Positions 1 through 6,380 of a DNA stretch of 26,923 nucleotides are shown here, piece after piece. The first letter of the stretch is position 1. Each line of letters opens with the position of its first letter. Source of the DNA: Syntrophobacterales bacterium (GTDB lineage: Bacteria; Desulfobacterota; Syntrophobacteria; BM002); NCBI GenBank assembly GCA_030601545.1, contig JAUVTM010000001.1, positions 1-26,923 of the forward strand, given 5' to 3'. The notes beneath the pieces are model-generated. The model searched no databases. It had not been told where the DNA came from and saw nothing but the letters and a program-made list of their open reading frames with translations. Both the position numbers and the translations under genes were made by a program.

Positions 1-312
1 ACTATCGCTGGATACGATACAAAAACCATCAAATTTGCCCGTGTAAAGTAAATCCATTGCGTCAATTATCAATGCACTGTCAGTTGCATTTTTCCCTGAA
101 GTATACCCAAATTGCTGTATGGGCTGTATTGAATACTGTAACAGTACTTCCTTCCACCCTTTAAGGCCTGACAGCGTCCAGTCACCGTAAATCCTTTTTA
201 CATTAGCTGTCCCATACTTTGCGATTTCCGCTAGTAGCCCGTCAACAATAGAAGGTTGGGCGTTGTCTGCATCTATTAATACGGCCAATTTTTCAATTTT
301 TTCGTCTGACAT
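1..312 (-). CDS. NYN/LabA-like PIN-fold protein, N-terminal part only (runs off the window); third gene cassette; absent from the ORF track
   Basis: Manual translation from ATG at 312: MSDEKIEKLAVLIDADNAQPSIVDGLLAEIAKYGTANVKRIYGDW...GKNATDSALIIDAMDLLYTGKFDGFCIVSSDS. IDADN, RIYGDW, GKNATD and IVSSDS are NYN-domain motifs. AAGGGA lies 5 nt upstream of the ATG; the start is 17 nt past the attC R' site. Confidence 0.85.
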   Translation of the reverse strand, partial: MSDEKIEKLAVLIDADNAQPSIVDGLLAEIAKYGTANVKRIYGDWTLSGLKGWKEVLLQYSIQPIQQFGYTSGKNATDSALIIDAMDLLYTGKFDGFCIVSSDS

Positions 313-328
313 ATTTTCCCTTTCATGA

Positions 329-420
329 TTCTAACGGCCGAGCTCAGCGGCCCTGAGCGAAGCCTTGAGCTTGCCGAAAGGCTGAGTCTGAATGGGTCCG
401 ACTGCAGTGAGTGGTTATCT
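329..420 (-). mobile_element. attC site (92 bp) closing the VapBC cassette
   Basis: Minus strand: R'' AGATAAC, 5-nt spacer CACTC, L'' ACTGCAG..., variable region, L' CTGAGCT, 5-nt spacer CGGCC, R' GTTAGAA. Imperfect palindrome 24 nt downstream of the vapC stop. Confidence 0.85.
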
Positions 421-444
421 TCGCATTATGCCCATAGAGAAGAG

Positions 445-804
445 TTACTTGTAAAAGACTTCGAGTTTAGTTGCCGCTGATTTCAGCTTCTTATCCGAAG
501 TCCACAGGGGTATCCTCGACAATCGTGCCGAAGCTAGGAGATGAGCATCGACGAAACCGATTCCCATGCCCATTAATGTGTGTCGGTCGATGAAGTAGAG
601 AAGTTCATCCAGAGACACGGTTGGAGCCATCGGAAGAGATTGTAGAAGGGAGAGGAACTCAACCCTGTTCTTGATATTACCGCACGCCAGTTCACCGACT
701 ATGAAAGGATGACACCCTACCTGTGCATCCAGAAGCAACTGACTAAGATGACGGCTGCCCTGACGAAGATGGGTAACCCATATCGAGGTATCGACGATGA
801 CCAC
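445..804 (-). CDS. vapC: VapC-family PIN-domain toxin
   Basis: 119 aa, GTG start. N-terminal VIVDTSIW, central ELACG and C-terminal VDAHLLASA...LWTSDKKL acidic PIN motifs. Starts 2 nt after the antitoxin stop. Confidence 0.88.
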   Translation of the reverse strand: MVIVDTSIWVTHLRQGSRHLSQLLLDAQVGCHPFIVGELACGNIKNRVEFLSLLQSLPMAPTVSLDELLYFIDRHTLMGMGIGFVDAHLLASARLSRIPLWTSDKKLKSAATKLEVFYK

Positions 805-806
805 TG

Positions 807-1004
807 CTACGACTTCGCTGTTCTACGTCTCGGAATTGGACGGAGATCCTTTTCGGTTCCACCCAGCCTTGCAAGGCGCTTACTACTTTCGCGGGCAATC
901 AAAGATTCCAGTCCAAGTCGCACCAAGGCAGTCTTTTCTTTGATGCCAGTCAACCGCGATGCCTCTTCCAGGATTTTGTCGTCTATGTTCAGTGTAGTTC
1001 TCAT
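807..1004 (-). CDS. vapB: VapB-family antitoxin (RHH-like N terminus)
   Basis: 65 aa, MRTTLNIDDKILEEASRLTGIKEKTALVRLGLESLIARE; typical VapB start, directly upstream of the PIN toxin. Confidence 0.85.
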   Translation of the reverse strand: MRTTLNIDDKILEEASRLTGIKEKTALVRLGLESLIARESSKRLARLGGTEKDLRPIPRRRTAKS

Positions 1005-1011
1005 GTGTATG

Positions 1012-1040
1012 AGTATGCATTATTTATGCATATAAGTCAA
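1012..1040 (-). promoter_or_regulatory. sigma70-type promoter of vapBC with overlapping palindromic operator
   Basis: TTGACT (1040-1035), 17 nt, CATACT (1017-1012), 7 nt, then ATG at 1004. Perfect inverted repeat TATGCAT-N5-ATGCATA at 1014-1032. Confidence 0.65.
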
Positions 1041-1060
1041 TCGCGAATCTCTCCCTGAGA

Positions 1061-1178
1061 AGATAACGGCCGAGCTCAGCGGCCGGGCTGATCGGTGGCT
1101 GATGTTTGACCCCGCGCATTCGGCACCAAAAAACCAACGAAGCTGTTTCCCCGGTCCAACTGCAGCGAGTGGTTGGGC
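1061..1178 (-). mobile_element. attC site (118 bp) closing the HigBA cassette
   Basis: Minus strand: R'' GCCCAAC, CACTC, GCTGCAGTTGGACCGG...CCGGCCGCTGAGCT, CGGCC, R' GTTATCT. Shares an identical 20-nt arm (plus strand aacggccgagctcagcggcc) with the sites at 333-352 and 1953-1972. Confidence 0.85.
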
Positions 1179-1214
1179 AGCACTAATTATGAGACGTAGC
1201 CGTAATCCTCGGAA

Positions 1215-1556
1215 CTATGAAATATCAGGTGGAATTTGCTGCTTTGTAATATCCTTGAGAGGATAGGGTCGAATAGTCTTTAACTCACCGGCCTCAGATT
1301 TTTGGGCCTGGTACAAATCCCACCGAAGCTGGAGGTTCATCCAGAAATCTGCTGATACCCTAAAGAGTTTAGCAAGGCGTAATGCCGTACTCGGTGTCAT
1401 CCCCCGACGCCCGTTCACAATCTCGTTCACTCTTTGGTAAGGCACATGGATCGCCTTTGCTAACTCCCGTTGAGTCAAACCTAAAGGAATCAAAAACTCT
1501 TCCAAAAGCATTTCGCCGGGGTGAGTCGGTGCTCGATGCGTTGGTACACGAACCAT
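1215..1556 (-). CDS. higA: HigA-family HTH antitoxin
   Basis: MVRVPTHRAPTHPGEMLLEEFL...LTQRELAKAIHVPYQRVNEIVNGRRGMTPSTALRLAKLF...FWMNLQ. ATG at 1556 with GGAG 6 nt upstream is preferred over the TTG at 1568. Confidence 0.9.
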   Translation of the reverse strand: MVRVPTHRAPTHPGEMLLEEFLIPLGLTQRELAKAIHVPYQRVNEIVNGRRGMTPSTALRLAKLFRVSADFWMNLQLRWDLYQAQKSEAGELKTIRPYPLKDITKQQIPPDIS

Positions 1557-1587
1557 GATTAACTCCAAATTTTTCTGGCATCTGACT

Positions 1588-1881
1588 TCAGTGGTAATCT
1601 GCGATTTCCACTTCCACTGGCCCTAAATCAGTCCAAACAAAGCAGATGCGATATTGTTCATTGATACGAATACTGTGTTGTCCTTTCCGATCAGTTTTCA
1701 GTGCCTCCAATCGATTGCCCGGAGGTATTCTGAGTTCGTCCAATGAGATTACCGAGTCAAGCTGATCCAACTTGCGTACAACAATTCGCCACAAGCGTTG
1801 TGGGCACGTTTTTCTGGCAGTCTTAGTGCGCTTGCCATTGAAAATGTCTTCAGTTCCAGTGTTGCTGAACGAGCGAATCAT
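1588..1881 (-). CDS. higB: HigB (RelE/ParE-superfamily) toxin
   Basis: MIRSFSNTGTEDIFNG...RKLDQLD...LRIPPGNRLEALK.DRKGQHSIRINEQYRICF.W...VEIADYH. Toxin-first gene order. ATG at 1881 fits the promoter spacing. Confidence 0.9.
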   Translation of the reverse strand: MIRSFSNTGTEDIFNGKRTKTARKTCPQRLWRIVVRKLDQLDSVISLDELRIPPGNRLEALKTDRKGQHSIRINEQYRICFVWTDLGPVEVEIADYH

Positions 1882-1888
1882 GTGAAGC

Positions 1889-1917
1889 ACGATAGCACGG
1901 AATCCATGCTATTGCAA
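1889..1917 (-). promoter_or_regulatory. sigma70-type promoter of higBA with overlapping palindromic operator
   Basis: TTGCAA (1917-1912), 17 nt, TGc-TATCGT (extended -10, 1894-1889), 7 nt, then ATG at 1881. Inverted repeat ATAGCACGGA-a-TCCATGCTAT (9/10 match) at 1892-1912. Confidence 0.6.
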
Positions 1918-1948
1918 CCAACCAGAAATCGTAACTCAATCACGTGCT

Positions 1949-1975
1949 GCCCAACGGCCGAGCTCAGCGGCCCTG
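1949..1975 (-). mobile_element. Half attC (L'-R' arm only) at the head of the cassette array
   Basis: CAGGGCCGCTGAGCTCGGCCGTTGGGC matches the right arm of the other two attC sites. No partner R''/L'' arm (AAC-CACTC-(A/G)CTGCAG) is present upstream. Confidence 0.75.
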
Positions 1976-2038
1976 CCTGTCCCGCCTGTCCCGAGCGCAG
2001 TCTCGGGAAGCGCAGTCGCGGGGAGCTTGTCGCGGGGC
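1971..2038. repeat. Three-level nested palindromic repeat (two 24-nt units inserted one inside the other)
   Basis: ccctg[cctgtcccg[cctgtcccgagcgcagtctcggga]agcgcagtcgcgggg]agcttgtcgcggggc. The inner unit has a perfect TCCCGAG/CTCGGGA stem. Confidence 0.75.
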
Positions 2039-2066
2039 TGCTTCCTGTTCACTTTTCACTGTTTAC
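2039..2066. repeat. Degenerate heptamer tandem repeat over the exonuclease stop codon
   Basis: tgcttcc tgttcac ttttcac tgtttac. Confidence 0.55.
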
Positions 2067-2834
2067 CAGATCGAATGGCAACATGCGGCCCGCTGCAAAC
2101 TCCAACTCCTGCTGCAGCCGCTCCCAGGCGATCTCCATGATGGTCTTGAGGTTGACCACGTCAGCTTCATTGTACTTAAGTAGTCTGGGAAGGGCTTCGG
2201 GACTGCCACGGAGATGCTCGTGCCAGAGCACAACCGCCTCGTAGCCGCTCATCTCCTGGATCTCCGAGTCGCGAAAGATTCCAAAAAGAGGCTCGATTCG
2301 TTTGAGGCCGCCGCGGTAGCCCAGCCGCCGTGCCACATGCAGCAGATCGATGTGGGCCTGACGGAACTGGAGGTTGGGGAAAAACCCGGCGATGAAGGGG
2401 AGGTCAAATCTACAGCCATTAAAGGTAATGAGCAAATCATAACCCTCTACGGCATCCTCGAACTCCTCCAGGCTTTCCCCGTTGACGAAGTGGTGCATCT
2501 GGAGGCCGTCATAGAGACCGATGACGGTAATTTCGTGGTCGTAACTGCTTATACCCGTGGTCTCGATGTCCAGAAAACCGCAGCGGTTTCGGAAGTCCCG
2601 ATAGAGCCGCCAGCGCTCGGCAGAGGGGAGGCGGTTGTAAAAGTAACCGGCTTGCCCGCGGTGCTCAATGGACTCGTGGAGCTGCCTGGTTATGCGTCGC
2701 CGTTGCTCAGTATTTTTTGGCCAATCCTTGAGGTGAAGCTCCAGGTCATCCCAGGTGAGAATTCCCCGGCGCCAGAGATCGATCTCGGTTCGAGGGCCGA
2801 TGTGGGGGAGGTGTAGGAAAGTATGTTCAATCAT
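2049..2834 (-). CDS. YprB-like RNase H-fold (DEDD-type) exonuclease with N-terminal HhH-like segment
   Basis: 261 aa. FLDIETTG, LITFNGCRFDLPF, HIDL and LLKYNEADV nuclease motifs; N-terminal HLPHIGPRTEIDLW. Confidence 0.8.
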   Translation of the reverse strand: MIEHTFLHLPHIGPRTEIDLWRRGILTWDDLELHLKDWPKNTEQRRRITRQLHESIEHRGQAGYFYNRLPSAERWRLYRDFRNRCGFLDIETTGISSYDHEITVIGLYDGLQMHHFVNGESLEEFEDAVEGYDLLITFNGCRFDLPFIAGFFPNLQFRQAHIDLLHVARRLGYRGGLKRIEPLFGIFRDSEIQEMSGYEAVVLWHEHLRGSPEALPRLLKYNEADVVNLKTIMEIAWERLQQELEFAAGRMLPFDLVNSEK

Positions 2835-2892
2835 GATGGGTAAGCCGTGAGAGGTAAGCAGTACACTAAACGTTAAGTCAGCAAATCATAAG

Positions 2893-2919
2893 ATCGCGGC
2901 TGGAAAGCCGCTCCCACAG
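2893..2919. repeat. Single GTRG-type REP-like palindrome
   Basis: Minus strand CT-GTGG-GA-GCGGCT-TTCC-AGCCGC-GAT: tetranucleotide foot plus 6-bp stem. Confidence 0.65.
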
Positions 2920-2946
2920 GGGGATCTCATGGCTGCCCTCTGTTTT

Positions 2947-3004
2947 CTGGCTGCCGGCTGCAAGCTGCCAGCTGAGTCAGACGTCTCCGCGTCCCCGCTT
3001 CGCC
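2947..3004. repeat. Heptamer array followed by octamer array downstream of the radical SAM stop
   Basis: ctggctg ccggctg caagctg ccagctg (2947-2974); acgtctcc gcgtcccc gcttcgcc (2981-3004). Confidence 0.55.
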
Positions 3005-3023
3005 GTGCCGTTCCACCTGCGTT

Positions 3024-4760
3024 CTAACAAACCCCACATATCTTGCACTCAGTCGGCTCACAGGGTGAGGTAGTCTGGCCGGCCAGGGCCTGCTCATATT
3101 CATGCCAGAGATAATCTTTCTTGATGCCGTGATCCATGAAGTCCCAGGGGAAAAGCTCTTCTCGCTCCCGTTCGCGAGAAACATAGAATTCCGGGTTAAC
3201 ATTGACCGTCTTGAAGGATTTGCTCCAGTTGCCGTTTTCTTGTGCCACTGTTGCCAGCAAGGGTGCCAACCGTCGGTCGCCACGGGCCAGCAGCGCCTGG
3301 ATGTAAGCCCAGCGGGGGACATCGGCATGCACCCGCACGTTGGCCACCGCACCCAGGCCTCGTCTGAGTTTCTTTATTCGTCGCTTGAGTATGGAAAGAT
3401 CGGAGAACGGAACCCACTGAAAGGGTGTGAACGGTTTGGGTACAAAGGAACTGACGCTCAGGGTGACAGTGCCCAGCCGCTTCTGCCCTCGACCGATAAC
3501 CAGCTGCTCATGCTTGACCCGTTTGACCAGCTGTATTATTGCCTCTATATCCTCTTCTGTTTCGGTGGGCAGACCGATCATGAAATAGAGCCTCAGATTG
3601 GGAATACCTGAGCCGAGCACGGCCGTGACAGCATTGAGGATTTGCTCTTCGGTCAAGTTCTTGTTAATTACCTGCCGCAAACGCTCGCTCCCAGCCTCAG
3701 GGGCGATGGCCACGGTTCGAAGACCACTTTCCCGAAGTGCCTCCAGCATGGCAGGGGTGACAGAGTCGGCTCGCAGTGAGGATACCGATAAGCGTGTCCC
3801 TGCTTGCCTCAGCTGCAAACAGATGGCGTCGATATCGGGATGGTCCGACACAGCCGAGCTCAGCAGGCCGATTTTTCTTCCTGAGGGGGCGCTATCCAGG
3901 GCCGCTTGCACCACCTTCTCACCCTGTTGATACCGAACAGGCCGATAGACAAAGCCGGCAGCACAGAAGCGGCAGCCCCGGCCACAGCCCCGGCCGATCT
4001 CCACCAAGACAGTGTTAGGGAATTCGGTATGAGGGGTGACGACTGTTGAGACCGTTGGTCCTTCGGTCTCTATGGCAGCAACTCTAACCGGAATCTTAGC
4101 AGGGATGTCGGTAAGGGGTTCAAAAGAGATAAGTTGACCTTCAGTGTCATTTTCCGCCCTGAACAAGGCAGGCACATAAGCTCCTGATACCCGCTTGGCA
4201 ATATGGACCAGCTGCTCTTCCCTGGAAGCATTCTCATCTTGCGCTTCTTGCCAAGCGGTAGTGAACTCCTCCAGGAGATTTTCCGCCTCACCCAGAAGGA
4301 AGACATCAATGAAGGGAGCGATAGGCTCAGGGTTAAGGAAGGTGGCGATACCTCCCGCCACCACCAGGGGCTCGTGCTGGTGACGGCGGGAGCTGTAGGG
4401 GCTCAATTTGCCAAGTTGCAGGAGGTGAACGAGATTTGCATAATCATTTTCAAAAGCTACTGAAAAGGCGACGATTCGGAAATCCGCCAGCGGCCTTTGG
4501 CTCTCCACTGAAAGCGGGCCGGTTCCCGAACGTGCCGCAGTCATGTCCTTGGATTCCGGCAGAAAAACCCTCTCGCAAACCACGGTGGGCAGCTGGTTCA
4601 GGCGATGGTAGACGGTCTGGAAGCCCAGGTTGGACATTCCCAGAAAGTACCGGTTGGGGTAGACCAGGGCAATGGGAATCTTCCCACCCCAATCCTTGAT
4701 GATTGTGCCGGTCTCGTCCGCCAGCCACTTTTTTAATCTGCGTTGCAGTTGCCAAGACAT
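3024..4760 (-). CDS. Radical SAM protein with N-terminal B12-binding-like domain; function unknown
   Basis: CxxxCxxC motif in EIGRGCGRGCRFC; IALVYPN.Y..GMSNLGFQ; TVAIAPEAGSERLR.VINK; LYFMIGLPTET. Likely start is ATG 4760 (MSWQLQRR) rather than 4838. Confidence 0.85.
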   Translation of the reverse strand: MSWQLQRRLKKWLADETGTIIKDWGGKIPIALVYPNRYFLGMSNLGFQTVYHRLNQLPTVVCERVFLPESKDMTAARSGTGPLSVESQRPLADFRIVAFSVAFENDYANLVHLLQLGKLSPYSSRRHQHEPLVVAGGIATFLNPEPIAPFIDVFLLGEAENLLEEFTTAWQEAQDENASREEQLVHIAKRVSGAYVPALFRAENDTEGQLISFEPLTDIPAKIPVRVAAIETEGPTVSTVVTPHTEFPNTVLVEIGRGCGRGCRFCAAGFVYRPVRYQQGEKVVQAALDSAPSGRKIGLLSSAVSDHPDIDAICLQLRQAGTRLSVSSLRADSVTPAMLEALRESGLRTVAIAPEAGSERLRQVINKNLTEEQILNAVTAVLGSGIPNLRLYFMIGLPTETEEDIEAIIQLVKRVKHEQLVIGRGQKRLGTVTLSVSSFVPKPFTPFQWVPFSDLSILKRRIKKLRRGLGAVANVRVHADVPRWAYIQALLARGDRRLAPLLATVAQENGNWSKSFKTVNVNPEFYVSREREREELFPWDFMDHGIKKDYLWHEYEQALAGQTTSPCEPTECKICGVC

Positions 4761-4980
4761 TGGTAACCCGTGGAAGCTCTTGCCGGAAAAAGGTCTTCGA
4801 TATCCTACTGCCCTCAAAAACACCCCAGAAGATAGCACTGGTACATGGCGTCAGGGCTGCAAATGTACACCGTTCAATTATGCCACAGAGACCGCGCCGC
4901 GTCCTCACCTTTTCACCACCTCTAGAAACAATCTTTGACCGCCGCAAGCGACGGCCGGTATCGGCCGAAATAATCCCGCC

Positions 4981-6138
4981 TCAGTCGGCCTGCCGTCGGA
5001 GAAAGGTTGGGATTTCCAGCTCGTCCTCGTCTATGGGAAGATCTTTGTAACTCATGGGGCGGCTGTGTTCAGTCGCGTTATCCTCAATCTTCCTGTTACG
5101 GCGCAAGAAGGTGGGAATTTCCAGGTCATCGTCACGGCGAGACCCTTGGATAACTCCCAAGTCGGGTTTGGGTCTGACGTCGACTTCACCGATTCCGGTG
5201 GCGATAACGGTAACCCTCAATTCGTCACCAGCACTCTGATCCAGCACCGTGCCCCAGATAATATTGGCATCTTCGTGGGCCTCTTTCTGGATCAGTGATG
5301 ATGCCTCTTGAACCTCGTCGATGGTGAGGTCCAGTCCGCTGCTGATGTTCATGAGCACACCCTTGGCACCACTTATGGACACATCCTCCAACAGAGGACT
5401 GGAAATGGCTTTCTGAGCCGCCTCAGTGGCCCGATCTTCACCACTAGACATGCCGGTGCCCATCAAAGCCATACCCATCTCACTCATGATTGTCCTGACA
5501 TCGGCAAAATCTAGATTGATCAAGCCCGGGACGGTGATGAGATCGGAGATGCCCTTCACGGCATAGAGCAGCACGTCGTCCGCCTTTTTGAGCATTTCCA
5601 GGAAAGTCGCCTTTTTGGCCGCCAGGCTCAAAAGACGGTTGTTGGGAATGGTAATGATGGTATCCACCGTCTCCTGGAGCTCTTTGATACCTTTGTCGGC
5701 CGTCTGCATGCGCTGACGTCCTTCAAAGTTGAATGGTTTGGTCACCACAGCCACGGTGAGCGCTCCGATTTCCTTGGCGATCTGAGCAACTACCGGTGCA
5801 CCACCAGTCCCGGTGCCTCCGCCCAGTCCGGCAGTCACGAAGACCATGTCAGCGCCATCCAAGGCCTGACGAATCCTGTCAGCGTCCTCCAGAGCGGCAC
5901 TGCGGCCGATCTCTGGGTTGGCCCCGGCTCCAAGCCCCTTGGTAATGTTGGCTCCCAGTTGGAGTTTGGTGTGAGCCTTGGAAACTTCCAGGGCCTGGGC
6001 GTCGGTGTTAGCGGCGATGAAATCAACTCCCATCAGACTGGCGTTGATCATATTGTTGATAGCGTTGCCGCCACCACCACCTATGCCAATCACTTTGATC
6101 TTGGCTCCGTTGTCACTTTCAACAAACTCGAACATCAT
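4981..6138 (-). CDS. ftsZ: Cell division protein FtsZ
   Basis: [20 protein letters not shown] tubulin signature, NLDFADV; GGAGG RBS. Confidence 0.99.
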   Translation of the reverse strand: MMFEFVESDNGAKIKVIGIGGGGGNAINNMINASLMGVDFIAANTDAQALEVSKAHTKLQLGANITKGLGAGANPEIGRSAALEDADRIRQALDGADMVFVTAGLGGGTGTGGAPVVAQIAKEIGALTVAVVTKPFNFEGRQRMQTADKGIKELQETVDTIITIPNNRLLSLAAKKATFLEMLKKADDVLLYAVKGISDLITVPGLINLDFADVRTIMSEMGMALMGTGMSSGEDRATEAAQKAISSPLLEDVSISGAKGVLMNISSGLDLTIDEVQEASSLIQKEAHEDANIIWGTVLDQSAGDELRVTVIATGIGEVDVRPKPDLGVIQGSRRDDDLEIPTFLRRNRKIEDNATEHSRPMSYKDLPIDEDELEIPTFLRRQAD

Positions 6139-6186
6139 GATCCACCTCCTGCATTAGGGTGTTTCATCCATATCCCACGCGGCAGT

Positions 6187-6306
6187 TCACGAGCCCTTCT
6201 GCTGTCGCCGGCGGGCGAAGAAGACAAACCCCATAGTAGAAACAAGAAAACAGCCCATACATACAAAGAACATGGTCAAAACGAAGTAAAGGTCCGACGT
6301 AGTCAT
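6187..6306 (-). CDS. Predicted 39-aa single-pass membrane microprotein between ftsA and ftsZ
   Basis: MTTSDLYFVLTMFFVCMGCFLVSTMGFVFFARRRQQKGS. GGAGG (6317-6313) lies 6 nt before the ATG; about 24 hydrophobic residues followed by RRR. Below the 60-aa cutoff of the ORF track. Confidence 0.62.
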   Translation of the reverse strand: MTTSDLYFVLTMFFVCMGCFLVSTMGFVFFARRRQQKGS

Positions 6307-6324
6307 TGTATCCCTCCGGGCCAA

Positions 6325-6380
6325 AATTCAGGAATTCCTCAATCCTCCAATTCCTCAATTCCCCAATTCCTCAATTCCTT
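6325..6380. repeat. Octamer tandem repeat (7 units) overlapping the ftsA stop
   Basis: aattcagg aattcctc aatcctcc aattcctc aattcccc aattcctc aattcctt. Confidence 0.85.

Noticed and set aside
333-1972. Three identical 20-nt repeats as a CRISPR array
   Set aside because: Spacing is 732 and 888 bp with whole genes in between, the repeats are arms of attC palindromes, and no cas genes are present.
1949-1975. Head junction as an attI site
   Set aside because: The sequence before GTT is identical to the attC L'-R' arm of the other sites, and no integrase or cassette promoter lies upstream.
2049-2834. Exonuclease gene as a fourth cassette with a degenerate attC
   Set aside because: The AAC-containing sequence at its 3' end resolves into a GTGAACA-type heptamer array with no proper L'' box, and no attC or complementary core lies at its 5' side.
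6164-6358. 64-aa ORF from the track between ftsA and ftsZ
   Set aside because: It begins inside the octamer repeat with a non-ATG start and has no recognisable features. The overlapping 39-aa frame has a far better RBS and a coherent TM structure.
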